Assembly (NCBI RefSeq): GCF_020745735.1
Contig: NW_026867540.1
Span: 434,001-498,000, forward strand
Direction: 5' to 3'
Length of the DNA: 64,000 nucleotides
From: Hemiscyllium ocellatum
Taxonomy: Eukaryota
A model generated the notes under the pieces. The model saw only the letters and a program-made list of their open reading frames with translations, was not told where the DNA came from and did not search any database. Made by a program: the position numbers and the translations under genes. Positions 12,121-24,877 of the stretch are shown one piece after another (position 1 is the stretch's first letter; the number at the start of each line of letters is the position of its first letter).

Positions 12121-13725
12121 TGGTGTGCAGATCTCTGGCACAGAATCTGTCCCTGTTGCACAGGAGTGAAGGAGGCAAAGAACAAGATTATTAATCATTG
12201 GGGACTCAAAATTTAGATGGTCAGGTAGAAGATTTTTTGGCAAGGAAAGAGGCTCACAGCTGGTGTATTACCTCCCAGATGCCAGAATCCGTGATCTCTC
12301 GGATCGTGTCGTTGGTGTCAAAAAGGTTAGGGTGACCAGCCACAATTCGTAATCCACACAGGTACCAACGATGTAGGAACAAAGAGGGATGGGGGCTAGG
12401 GTGGAAGCTGAGAGCAAGAGTAATCACATTTGTTCGTCTGGAGATACCCGTCCCACGTGATAGCAAAGCGAAGGATAGTGAGAGATATCAACTGAACATA
12501 TGGCTGCAGGGGTGGTGCAGGAGCGAGGGGTTCAGGCACTTGGATAATTGGGGCTCATTCTGAGGACCGTGGGCCCGTTTAAACAAGGAAGCTCGTCATT
12601 TGAAAAAGAGGGGTAATAATATCCTGGGTGGGATTTTGCGAGTGCTATTCGAGTGGTTTAAATTACCCCAGAAGGGGGATGGGAACCGTTGTTGTCGTTC
12701 CACTACACAGGAGGGATGAGAGTAGGGAGGACATTGAGAGGTTTCACGGTAACAGTAGTCTTCTGGCAGACAGCAAGCTGGTTTGAAATATGTGTACTTT
12801 AATGCCAGGAGTATAGGCAATAGATTAGGGAAGTATAGGTACACACCTGGGAATTCGATGCGTCAGGAATACATGTTGCAGGTTCCAGGATTATGATCTT
12901 TCATTAAGATCAGGTAATATGGTAAAAGAGCGTGATGTGTGGCTTTGTTACTCAAATATATCTTCTGAGATGATATGGGCTGAGGCGAGAAACAAGAGAG
13001 CAGATACCCCACTGCTTGGAACATTTTACATTACGCCGAAAATTTCCAGGCATGTGGAGGAAAGGATTGGAAAATCGATTCTGGACAGAAGGGAAAGGAA
13101 CAGGGTGGTCATTGTGGGAGAACTTAACTTCGCCACCATTGATTCGAAATGCTTTCAATCTAGTGCATCGATTGGATTAGCTCTTATAGAATATGATCAA
13201 GGGGGTTTCCTGACACAGTATGTCGAAGGGCCGACAATAGGGGAGGCCACAATGGATATGGTACGTGGTACGTTTGCTTTAGTGATAGTTGAGCACTTCG
13301 GAGAGAGTGACCGTGATTCGGTTACGTTTAGTTTAGCAATGGAAAGGGAGAGGTACCTGACACAGAGAAAGATTTACAAATGGGGAAAAACAATTATATG
13401 GCGTTTTGGCAAGAATTACGAAGCATAGAATGGGACAGACAAACGCAGGGGGTGGGAACAATCGAAATGTGGAGCTGACTTAAGGAACAGATATTGTGTG
13501 TGTTTGATCGGTATGCCCCTGTCAGGCAGGGAGAAAGTGATAAGGTAAGATAACCGTGGTTTACTTAAGAAATTTTATCTCTTGTTAAGCGGAAGAGGGA
13601 TGTTGAGGCAAGATGGTTCAAATGAGGCGATGGAGAGCTACAGATCGACTATGAAGGATTTAAAGAGAGAGTTAAGAAGAGCAAGAAGGGGATATGAACA
13701 ATCTTGAGCAGGTAGAGTAAAGGAG

Positions 13726-14782
13726 CTGGACATCCCCCAGATGTGATAGACAATGCCCTCCACCGCATCTCCTACACTTCCCGCTCCTCCGCCCTTGAGC
13801 CCCGGCCCTCCAGCCGCCACCAAGACAGAACCCCCCTGTTTCTCACCTACCACCCCACGAACCTCCATATACAGCGTATCATCAGCCGTCATTTCCGCCA
13901 CCTCTAAACGGACCCCACCACCAGGGATATATTTCTCTCCCCTCCCCTATCAGCGTTCCGCAAAGACCACTCCCTTCGTGACTCCCTAGTCAGGTCCACA
14001 CCCCCCACCAACCCAAACCCCACTCCCGGCACCTTCCCCTGCAACCGCAGGAAATGCAAAACTTGCGCCCACACCTCCTCCCTTACTTCCCTCCAAGGCC
14101 CCAAGGGATCCTTCCATATCCGCCACAAATTCACCTGCACCTCCACACACATCATCTATTGCATCCGCTGCACCCGATGTGGCCTCCTCTATACTGGGGA
14201 GACAGGCCGCCTACTTGCAAAATGCTTCAGGGAACACCTCTGGGACGCCGGAACCAACCAACCCAACCACCCCGTGGCTCAACACTTTAACCCTCCCTCC
14301 CACTCCACCGAAGACATGCAGGTTCTTGTACGCCTCCATCGCCAGAACATAACAACACGACTGTTGGAGGAAGAGCGCCTCATCTTCCGCCTGGGAACCC
14401 TCCAGCCACAAGTGATGAACTCAGATTTCTCCAGTTTCCTCATTTCCCCTCCCCCCATCTTGTCTCAGTCGATTCCCTTGAACTCAGCACCGCCCTCCTA
14501 ACCTGCAATCCTCTTCCTGACCTCTCCGCCCCCACTCCACTCCGGCCTATCACCCTCACCTTGACCTCCTTCCACCTATCACATCTCCATCGCCCCTCCC
14601 CCGAGTCCCTACTCCCTACCTTTTATCTTAGCCTGCCTGGCACCCTCTCCTCATTCCTGATGAAGGGCTCTGGCCCGAAACGTCGAATTTACTGTTCCTT
14701 GGATGCTGCCTAACCTGCTGTGTTTTAACCAGCAACACATTTTCAGCTCTGATCTCCAGCATCTGCAGACCTCACTTTTTAC
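13726..14782 (+). mobile_element. Penelope-like element, 5'-truncated (GIY-YIG endonuclease plus 3' region), nested in a CR1
   Basis: Encodes SAFRKDHSLRDSLVRS, PCNRRKCKTC, IIYCIRCTRCGLLYTGETGR, EH..PVAQHFN. Flanked by a 13-bp direct repeat TAGAGTAAAGGAG (13713-13725 and 14783-14795). Confidence 0.9.
14653..14688 (+). ncRNA. Minimal type I hammerhead ribozyme motif in the Penelope 3' region
   Basis: ATTC-CTGATGA-A-GGGC-TCTG-GCCC-GAAA-C-GTC-GAAT: stem I ATTC/GAAT, core CUGAUGA and GAAA, stem II GGGC/GCCC, palindromic ACGT in place of stem III, GUC cleavage triplet. Confidence 0.75.
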
Positions 14783-17344
14783 TAGAGTAAAGGAGAACCC
14801 TAAAGCTTTCTATGGTTATGTGAGGAATAAAAGGATGATTGTGGTCGGAATAGGGCCTCTCAAAGACAGGTGTGGGAATTTGGACGTAGACCCTGTGGAG
14901 ATCGGAGAGTTGTAAACTGAATATTTCTCATGTATATTCACTAAGGAAAATTAGAATATTGTCGAGGAGTAAACTGAGATATTGTCTATTAGACTTGAAA
15001 TGATTGAGGTTAATAAGCAGGAGACGTTTCAAATTCGAGAAGGTCTGAAAGTAGATTGGCCCTCTGGTCCAGTTGGGATTTTTTTTACCGAAAAGTTTCT
15101 GGGAAGCTAAAGAAGGAATGGCGGAGTCATTTAGCCTTGATATTTGAGTCGACATTATCTACCGGTTTAGTGCAGAGGACTGGAGGAGTGCAAATGTTGT
15201 GCGCTTCTTCAAGAGGGGCAGTAGAGATTACCCAGTAAATTATAGACCAGTGAGCTTTACACATGTTAAGAGAAAATATTTGGAAAAGATGATAATAGAA
15301 AATATTTATAGTCATCGAGCAAACGGCAATTTGATTGGAAATAATCAACTTGGATTCGTCAAGGACACGTTATGTCTCACAACCCTCAGTAAGCGTTTTG
15401 AGAAGCTGATAAAGCATGTGGATGAGGTGAGGGCAGTTTACGTGGTGTATATGGACTTCAGCAAAGCCTTTGATAAGGTTCCACATGGTAGGCTATTGGA
15501 GAAAGTGCGGAGGCACGGAATTGAAGGTGATTTGGCAATTTGCATTTCTGTAAGAAGACAACGACTGGTGGTTGATGGAAAATATTCAGCCTGGAGTCTG
15601 CTTACTAGTGGCGTGCCGCAAGAATCTGTTTTGGTACCAATGTTGTTTCTCATTTGTATAAACAACTTGGATACAGTCATAGGTGGATGGATGAGCAAGA
15701 TTTCAGATGGCAGTAAAGTCGGTGAATTGGTGGACAGAATGAAAGCCAGTTGAAAGTTGCAGAAGGACTTGGATGATCTGCAGAATTGGGCGGAAATGTT
15801 GCAAACAAATTTCAACGCAGGTAAATGTGAGGTGATTCAGTTTCTTAAGATTAACAGGAAGGCAAGACAGTGAGTCAATGGAAATATTCTTGGTAGTGGG
15901 CAGAGGGATCTTGGTGTCGATGTAAATAGATCCCTGGAAGTTGCTACTCATGTTGATAATGCTGTTAAAAAGGCATATCGTGTGTTAGGTGTTATAGGTA
16001 GAGGGCTTGAGTATTGGAACTGTGACGTCATGCTACAACTGCACAAAACGCTCATGTGCATTCACTTGGAATATTGTGCGCAGTTCTGGTCGTCCCAATA
16101 CTGGAAGGATGTGGAAGCAATGAAAAGGTAGCGAGGGGATATACCAGGATGTTGCCTGTTATGGACCATAGGTCTTCTGAGGAAAGACTGATAGACTTGC
16201 GTCTGTTCTCATTGGAGAATAGAAGGCTAAGAGGGGATTCAATGGAGTGGTAAGGATGATCAGGGAATTAGATAGAGTTTACAGTGAGAGACTTCTTCCA
16301 AGGATGATTTTACGACGGGGCACAGCTGCACAGTGAGTGATAATAGATTTAAGACAGATGTCAGAGGCAGGTTCCTTCATCAGAGAGTGGTAAGGGCGTC
16401 GAATGACTTGCCTGCCAATGCAGTTAACTCAAAAACATTAGGGGTATTTAAACAGTTCTTGGATAAGCATATGGATGATGTTGGGGTAGTGTTGGTGATG
16501 GGCTCAGATTAGTTTACAGGTCTGTGCAACATTGATGGCCGAAAGGCCTGTTCTGCGCTGTACACTTCTATGCTCTATATTTCATGTTCCACTTTGCCCT
16601 CCTGATTTCCCTCTTAAGTATACTTCTACTGTCTTTATAATCTCCTGGAGAGTCACACGATCTCCGCTATCGAAACCTGACATATATTTCCTTCTCTTTC
16701 TTGATCAAAACCTTAATTTTTCTATTCATGCATCATTGCCTACGCCTATTAGTCTTGTCCTTCACCCTAACAGGAACATGCTGTCTCTGTACGCTTGTTA
16801 ACACATTTTAATTCTGTCAAATAAAAATGGAAGTATTGCGGAGAATATGACTAAACGAAGTTTTCATATCTCTGATTGTACTAGCACTTCCCTGATATTC
16901 AAACTTTGTGCCTTTATAAAACCGATTATACTGCGCAAAATATGAAGCTTTCGCTTTGTGGCAATTTAAGGTTTTCGATAATTTGTCAGAAATGATTCAG
17001 AATTTGATTTCAGTTCACAATCCTCCGTATTAATCTCATTTGTTTGTGATTACACCTTGATTATAATGCACCATCAGTCTTCAGCTTTGTGGCATTGACC
17101 CCTCCTCTGGCAAGATTTTTACTAAAATATATTTTTCTTCACAATATGAATGAAGCTAAAAAAATAAGAATGGGTTTCTATGTAAAATCTAATGGATTGC
17201 TTGCATATCAATGTAAGTCAACAGCTGTTTTGAAACTTAGATAGAATAATATTTTTAAATCTTTCGACACATTGTCTTCTTACGTTTAATAGAAACGTTG
17301 GTGTAGGCCATTATTATCTTCCCCAAGAAAATGTCATCGCTTAT

Positions 17345-19620
17345 TCGAGAACAGAGGAAAATACAGCGCAAAGCAGGCCCTTCAGCACTCGATGCTGTCT
17401 GGCCTATGAACTTATCTAAGCTCATCCACCTACATTATCCTATCGTCATCCATGTGTATTCCAATATTTGTTTAAATTTCCCTAATGTGGCTGAGTTAAC
17501 TATATTTGCAGGCAAGGCATTCTACGCCCATACCATTGTCTGAGTAAAGAACTTGCCACTGATGTCTTAAATCTATCTCACCTCAATTTGGACTTACTCC
17601 CCCTCATACCAGATGATTTAATCATCCCAGGAAAAAGATTTTCACTGTCAACCCTATATAATCCTCTGAAGTTCTTGTATGCATCTATCAAATCCCCTAT
17701 TAGCCTTATTATTCCCAATGAGAGCAGAATCAAATCTCTCAGCCTTTCCTCATAAAACCTCCCCTCCAGACCAAGCAACATCCTGGTACATCTCCTCTGC
17801 AATTTTTCCAATGCTTCCAGATTCTTCTTGGAATGAGGCGTCTGGAACTGTGCACACTGTTCCAAGTGAAGCCGCACTTGCGTTTTGGATAATTACAGCA
17901 TGACATTACGGCTCCAGAACTCAATTCCTCCACGAATCAATCCTAAAACACCCTATGTCTTCTTAAAAGCACTATCACCGCTCGTGGAAACTTATAGGGA
18001 GCTATGCAAATGGACTCCCAATCCCTCTTCACTCAATATTATCAAGAGACTTTCCATTCATACAGTATTTTGCTTTCCTGTTACTCTTCCCAATGTGTAT
18101 CACCTCCCGTTTAGCTGCATGAAACACCACTTGCCACCTCTCAGCAAATTCAGCAGTTTATCCAAGTCCTCCTGAAACTTGCAACAATTTTCCACACTGT
18201 CCACTACTCCAACGACTTTATTGTCATAGACAAACTTATCCATCCACTTTTGCCTGCGTCTAAATCATTTATTAAAAACGACAAATAGCAATGGTCCCAA
18301 ATCAGGTCCTTCTGGCACACCACTAGTAACGAGACCCCATGCTGACTATTTTCCATCAACCACCACTCGCTCCCTTCTTTCAGAAAGCCAGTTTCTAATG
18401 CAAACTGTTAAAACATAGTCAATACCAATCCTCTGCAATTTTCCCCAACAGCCTACCATGTGGAACCTTATCAAAGGCTTTACTGACGTTGACGTACAAC
18501 ATGTCAACTGCCCTCCCGTCATCCACATGCTTGGTCACCCTTTCAAAAAACTCAATTAGGTTTGTGATACATGATCAGCCCTTGTCGAAATCATGTTGAC
18601 CATCTGATATCAAATTGTTGTTAGATGGATGATTAGAAATCGTTTGTCTTATAACCCTTTCTAAAACGTTTCTGGCAACAGACATAATGCTCAACGGTCT
18701 ATAATTAGCTGGGAAAACATTCCTGCCCTATTGGAGCAAGAACACATCATTGGCCATCCTCCATTACTATGATACTGCAACTGTACAAAATGAGATTTAA
18801 AGATCAAAGCCAAAATGCTCCGCCATCTCCTCCCTCACTCCCCAAGGAATCTGCGGATAAATCCCAGCCACTCCAGGAGACCTGTCTAAATTCATTGCTT
18901 CTAGAATTGATAACAACTCTTTCTTAATAAACTCAATCCTTTCCTGTCTAATGTCTGGTATCTCATTCTTCTCCTCCTCAACATTCTCCTTTTCCTGAGT
19001 GAAAACCGATAACAAAATATTCGTTCAGCACCTCCCCGATGTCCAAAGGGTACATGCATAACTTCCCAATTCTGTCTTTCACTGGCCCTATTCCGACAGG
19101 AGTCATCAGTTTTTCTCTCGAATTCCTTTAGAATGTATTACAGTTCTCCTTTATTTATGCTGCTTAAGACTGCTCATGTCCTCACTTTGCTCTTCTTAAT
19201 TCTCATTTTAAATGCTTCCTGGCTAATCTGTAACTCTCTATCGCCTTATCTGAGTCATCTCATCTCATTGTCACGTAAACCTCCTTCCTCAGCTTAACAA
19301 GAGCTCCAATTACGTGACATTACCTTAACATTTCTTCCCTGCCTAACAGGGTCACACATGTCAAAGACACGCAATACCTGTTCCTTAAACCAGCTCCACA
19401 TTTAGATTGTCCCCATCCCCTGCATTTTTTGTCCCAATTCGATGCATCCTAAGTCGTGCATAATTGCACTTTAATTGTCCTTTCCCCAAGGATAACAGTT
19501 GCATTGTGGCATGGACCTATACTTTCAATCGCTAAATTAAGCACAACTGAATTACGGTCACTCTGTCCAAAGTACTCATCTGCCACTAAATTAAACACCT
19601 GGCATGGTTGCTAAGCACCA
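17345..19620 (-). mobile_element. Decayed CR1-like LINE (RT and upstream region)
   Basis: HLEQCAQF..QRRCTRML, RERVVVDGK, DRSPGVAGIYP, SVFTQEK. Confidence 0.88.
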
Positions 19621-21990
19621 GGAGAAAGTGAGGACTGCAGAAGCTGGAGATCAGAGCTGAAATTGTGTTGCTAGAAAAGCGCAGCAGGTCTGGCTGCATC
19701 CAAGGAGCAGGGGAAATGACGTTTCAGGCATGACGCCTTCTTCAGGAATGAGGAAAGTTGCCAAGCAGGATAAGATAAAAGGTAGGGAGGAGGGACTTGG
19801 GGAGGGGCGTTGGAAATGCGATAGGCAGAACGAGGTTGAGGTGAGGGTGATAGGCTGAAGTAGGGGTGGGGGCGGAGAGGTCAGGAAGAAGATTGCAGTT
19901 TAGGAAGGTGTGGTGAGTTCGAGGGTTGGTCTGGAGAAAAGGTGGGTAAAATGGGGAAACTGGAGAAATCTGAGTTCATCCCTTGTGGTTGGAAGGTTTC
20001 TAGGTGGAAGATGGGGCGCTCTTCCTCCAGCCGTCGTCTTGTATGGTCTAGCGATGGAGGAGGCCAAGGACCTGCATGTCCTTGGTGGAGTGGGGGCGGG
20101 CAGTCAAAATGTTCTGCCACGGGGCGGTTGAGTTGTTTGGTGCAGGTATCCTAGAGGTGTTCCCTGAAATGTTCCGTAAGTAGGCGGCCTGTCTCCACAA
20201 TGAAGAGGAGACCACATCGGGTGCAGCATATACAGTAAATGATGAATGTGGAGGTGCAGGCGAATTTGCAACTGATATGGAAGGATCCATTCCAGCCTTG
20301 GAGGTAGGTGAAGGAGGAGGTGTGGGCGCGTGTTTTTCACTTCTTGCGGTTGCAGGGAAAGGTGCCGAGAGTGGAGGTTGGGTTTTTGTCGGGTGTGGAC
20401 CTGACGAGGGAGTCGCAGAGGGAGTGATCTCTCCGGAACGCTGAATGGGGTGGGGAGGGAAACAGATCCCTGGTGGTGAAGTCTGTTTGGAGGTGGCAGA
20501 AATGACAGAAGATGATACGATGCATGTGGAGGTTGTTGGGGTGGAATGTGAGGACCACTGGGGTTCTGTCCTCGTGGCGATTGGAAGGGCGGGGTTCAAG
20601 CGTGGAGGTGCGGGAAGTGGAGGAGATGCTGTGGAGAGCATCGTTGATTATGTCGGAGGGGAAATTGTGGTCTTTGAAGAAGGAGGACATCTGGGTTTTT
20701 CGGTATTGGAATGGGTCCTCCTGGGAGCAGATGCGGTGGAGACGAAGGAATTGGGAATTTGGTAAGGCAGTTTTGAACGGGACAGGGTGGGAGGTGGTGT
20801 AATCTACGTAGCTGTGAGAATCGGTCGGTTTGTAGTAAATGTCTGTGTTGAGTCGGTCGCCAGAGATGAAAATGGAGAGGTCGAGGAAGGGGATGGGGGA
20901 GTCTGAGATGGTTCAGGTCGGGGTGGAAGGTGTTAGTAAAGTGGATTGATGTTTAACCTCCTCGTGGGAGCACAAGGCAGCTCCAGTACAATCATCGATA
21001 GCGGAGGAAAAGGTCGGGGAATGATGCTAGTGTAGCTGTGGAAGATGGACTGTTCCACATATCCGATGACGTGGCAGGCATATCTGGGGACCATGCGGGT
21101 TCCCTTGGCTACTCCTTTGGTTTGGAGGAAGTGGGAGGATTGGAAGGAGATCTTGTTAAGAGTGAGGATCAGTTCAGTCATTCGAAGGAGGATGTCAGTG
21201 GAATGGTACTGGTTTGGTCGATTGGAGAGAAAGAAGTAGACAGCTTGGAGGCCTTCGTGATGGCGGAGGGAAGTGTATAGGGACTGGATGTCCATCGTGA
21301 AGATAAGACGTTGGGGGCCAGAGAAACGAAACTCATCGAGGAAGTGGAGGCCATGGGTGGTGTCCCGAACTTAGGTGGGGAGGTTTTGGACTGAAGGGGA
21401 CAGGACAGTGTCAACATATGTAGATATGAGTTCAGTTGGTTCAGGAGCAAGCTGAGACAATGTGTCGGCCGGGGCAGTCGGGTTTGTGGATTTTGGGCAG
21501 GAGTTAGAAACGGGTTTGTTGCGGGTTTGTGAGACTATGAGTTTAGAGGCGGTGGATGGGAGATCTCCTCAGGTGATGAGGTTATGAATAGTCTAGGAGA
21601 TGATGCTTTAGTAGTGGGAGGTGGGGTCATTGTCCAGGGGGCAGGAGGAGGAGGTGTCCGCGAGCTGGCGTCGAACTTCAGCGGTGCAAATATTGGTGCG
21701 CCAAACTACCACTGTGCCTCCCTTTTCTGCCGGTTTGATGGTGAGGTTGGGGTTGGAGCGGTGGGAGTGGAGGGCTGCGCGTTGTGAGAGTGAGAGCTTG
21801 GTGTGGGTGAGAGGATTGGGCATTTTGAGGCGGTCAATGGCGCGGCGACAGTTGGATATGAAGAGATTGCGGGTGTGTAAGAGGCCAGCACGGGGTGTCC
21901 AGGTGGATGGGGTCTGTTGGAGGCGGGAGAAGGGGTCGTCAGAGGGTGGTCGAAAGTCCTGGTTGAAGATGTAGGCAAGGTGGTGAAGGT
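19621..21990 (-). mobile_element. Penelope-like element, largest copy (RT plus GIY-YIG, frameshifted)
   Basis: Minus-strand peptides TIKPAEKGGTVVVW, MDIQSLYTSLRHHEGL, FLQTKGVAKGTRM, SAFRRDHSLCDSLVRS, EHF..RRLEEE. The 3' end is shared with the other Penelope copies. Confidence 0.9.
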
Positions 21991-22009
21991 GGTGGAAAAA
22001 ATGTCATAT

Positions 22010-24480
22010 ACGTCATCAGAGGGTTTGAGAGTCTGGACAGTGAAAGCCTTTTTTCCTCGGATAGTGATGATTAGTATGAGGGATCATAAATTGAGGGATG
22101 ATAGATACAGCACAGATATCAGCGGTGGTTTCTTTGATCATAGACTAGTCGGGCGTGGAAAGAACGACCTGCAACAGTTGTAACCTCCACAACTTTAAGG
22201 GCCTTTAAATGATTATTGGATAAATATTTGGATGAAAATGGAAACGTGTTGGCTAGGTAGGTTCCAGATTGGTTCCTCAGGTCACCATAACCTCGAGCCC
22301 TGATTGACTGTAATGCGCTGCGATATTCTTTGTTCTTTGTTCATACTCCTGAATTCTCCCCTTTCCTTTAGTGTCTAGAAGTATTTATGTATATTCAGGA
22401 TCTTCGCTTACAAAACCCATGCAGTAGAGAATTTTCCTGTTTCACCAATCTCTGAGTGCAGATATTTCTTCTCATATCAATGCAGCGTGCCCTGCCTTTA
22501 CCTTAAAAATATGACAACACCGATCTATTGAGTTTGGGATCATTTCGCCCTCCTTATCAGGGGTCAGCTCTGCTGTTGAGAATACAAACAGAAAGAGGGA
22601 TACCTCTTGCTGAAGCGTTAGTACATGCATTAGCAGTAATCTTTAAGGAAGTATTCGAATCAGGACTGCACCAGAAGACTGGAAAGTCACTAACGTGAAC
22701 CCTAATTTAAAAATGGACTAAGGCAGAAGATGGAAACTTACAGGACAATCAGGTGAACCTCTGTCGTGGGTAACATTCCGGAATCCATCATGGAGGATCA
22801 GGTTTGTGAATACTTGGAAATTTTGGCGAAGTAGGGCAGAGTTAGCATGGTTTAATGAGTAGTGTGTCATGCATGACATATCTGCTCGAATTCTTTGATG
22901 AAGTAGCGAGCAGATTAGACCAAATAGAACCAATGGGTGTTATCGAATTGGACTTCCATAAGGCCTCTGACCATATGCCAAACAGGAGATTACTGAGTCA
23001 GACAGGAGCGCTCCAGTTTCACGGGAACATTCCTGCACTGCATGGATTTATGGATTATGAAACACAGTTCCGCCAGACACTGTGCAACCACTTATTTTAA
23101 TACAATGTATCAATTGCTGCAGATCTGGGTATCCATCGTATTATATTTTTGTTAACAAACCTTGTTTCTTTTGTTAGAGATAGTTCTTAAATTTGCCTTA
23201 TATTACCATCTTGATTTTGTCACTGAATGTTTACAATTTATACTTATGTAAGGGATGATGTGAAATACTAGTGTCAATTATCTTCCTGTTCTTTGAAACT
23301 CATTCCCAAATCGCACCATCCATGTATTCCACATATACTTTCCTGACTAGCTTTTGTCCAAAGGTCACGTACTCATCTCGGTATTTATAAAGGCACAGAA
23401 TCGCTCTTTCGTGTTGCTTGCTTTTATATTTCTTGCCAATTTAAGTTTATGTTTCTTCTTTTTTCTCGTTTTATAGTATGATACAGTCAGACAGTCATAC
23501 AGCACAGACACAAGCCCTGAAGTCCATATTGTCTGTGCGGAACTGGTTTTCTCAATAAAACAACTTGCATTTGCTTGTATTTGTCCCATGTCCCTCTAAA
23601 CTTTTCCTATTCGTGGTTACAAATCACACAACACCAGGTTATAGTCCAACAGGTTTAATTGGAAGCACAGTAGTTCATCAGATGATAGTGGAGGCCTCAA
23701 TCATAACACACAGAATTTATAGCAAATATTTACAGTATGATATAATTGAAATTAAACATTGAAAAACTGATTGTCTGTTAAGCCTTTCATGTGTTATATT
23801 GCCACGACAGTTTCACTTCTTTCAAATGTAAATCACAAAACTTTTTTTTAAGTTGCATTCTTGATTTAGCAGTTAATAGCTAGACAATATATTGAAGGGA
23901 TTGGACCCCTGTATTCTCTGTCTATATCCTGATGCTTAGATTGAATCTAATCTAAAAAGTGAGATAACGGAGTTTTACATGAATTCGTGCACTTTTTGAG
24001 CATCAACTTCCACCAATTCATGCAACTTTTTAAAAAAATGGTTGTCTTATTTACACATGAAAGAAGTGAAACTATCACGGTATTCTAACAGATGAAAGTC
24101 TAACGGACAATTAATTATTCAATGTATAATTTCAGCTAGTGTGCTTCCAATTAAACCTGTTGTGTGATTTTTAACTTTGCACACCCCAGTCCAACACCGG
24201 CATCTCCAAATCATTGCCTCTTCATCCATTTGTGCAATTTGTTTCTCAATGTTCTGATTGGAACTGCATCTGCCACTTCTTATTGCAACTCATTCCAAAC
24301 ACCCTTTGTGACAAAAAAATGTTTCCTGTGTCGCTTTGACATCTTTCTCCTCTTACACGAAATTATGCTCTCTAGTTTTGACATCCCCTCGCCTGAGGAA
24401 AACACCTTGGTTAATCTCCTTATTGTTATCCCGCATTATTTTAAAAACTGCACCAAAGTCACGCCTCAACCTCTTTCCTT
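22010..24480. mobile_element. Mixed CR1-like fragments (22010-22345 +, 22590-23050 +, 23480-24480 -)
   Basis: LLEFFDEV..ELDFHKASD and CR1 3' tails. Confidence 0.7.
23616..24213. mobile_element. Second Penelope-like family, fold-back non-coding fragment nested in a CR1
   Basis: Inverted termini (aaatcacaca..caacaggtttaattggaagcac / gtgcttccaattaaacctgttg..tgtgattt), internal inverted arms and a tail caccccagtccaacaccggcatctccaaa shared with 54935-55144. Confidence 0.65.
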
Positions 24481-24877
24481 CCACCTGATACCAAATGTAC
24501 GAACAAATATCAAAACCTCGCACTGTAACTTGAAAACAATATTAAAATGCGCAGGTAAGCAACACTCAGTCTAAAATTTCATAATATTAATTTTATTCCA
24601 TACTCATGCACAAGCTCAACATGAAAAACTAATAGTAATGCTGAGAAGAAATCAGCCACATGAATTCCGTTGCCTACAGGAAGTGACGATGTGAGCAGCG
24701 AGCGAAGTATCAATGGGAAAATCCACAGAAGAAAGTGAATTCATTCGCCACTTGGTCTGTCTGCTCGTCATTTTAGCAGAACGAGACAAACGCTAAGTAT
24801 ACATTTTGAAATCTGCATTTAATTGGGAATTCAGTCCAAGTGAAGCAAGTGTTTTCAGTCAGGTTTACTACAAGAAT

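Larger units (their letters stand above)
12150..16590 (+). mobile_element. Near-complete decayed CR1/HER1-like LINE (ORF1 esterase-like remnant, APE endonuclease, RT, 3' tail), split by a Penelope insertion
   Basis: IIGDS, YFNARSI, VVIVGELNF, HFGESD, NYRPVS, VYMDFSKAFDKVPHGRL, SGVPQES, RRLRGD and tail ggccgaaaggcctgttctgcgctgta. Confidence 0.9.

Noticed and set aside
15199-15753. 184-aa RT ORF as an active LINE or domesticated gene
   Set aside because: The catalytic region is degenerate (ISDGSK in place of FADD) and the flanking frames contain stops and frameshifts.
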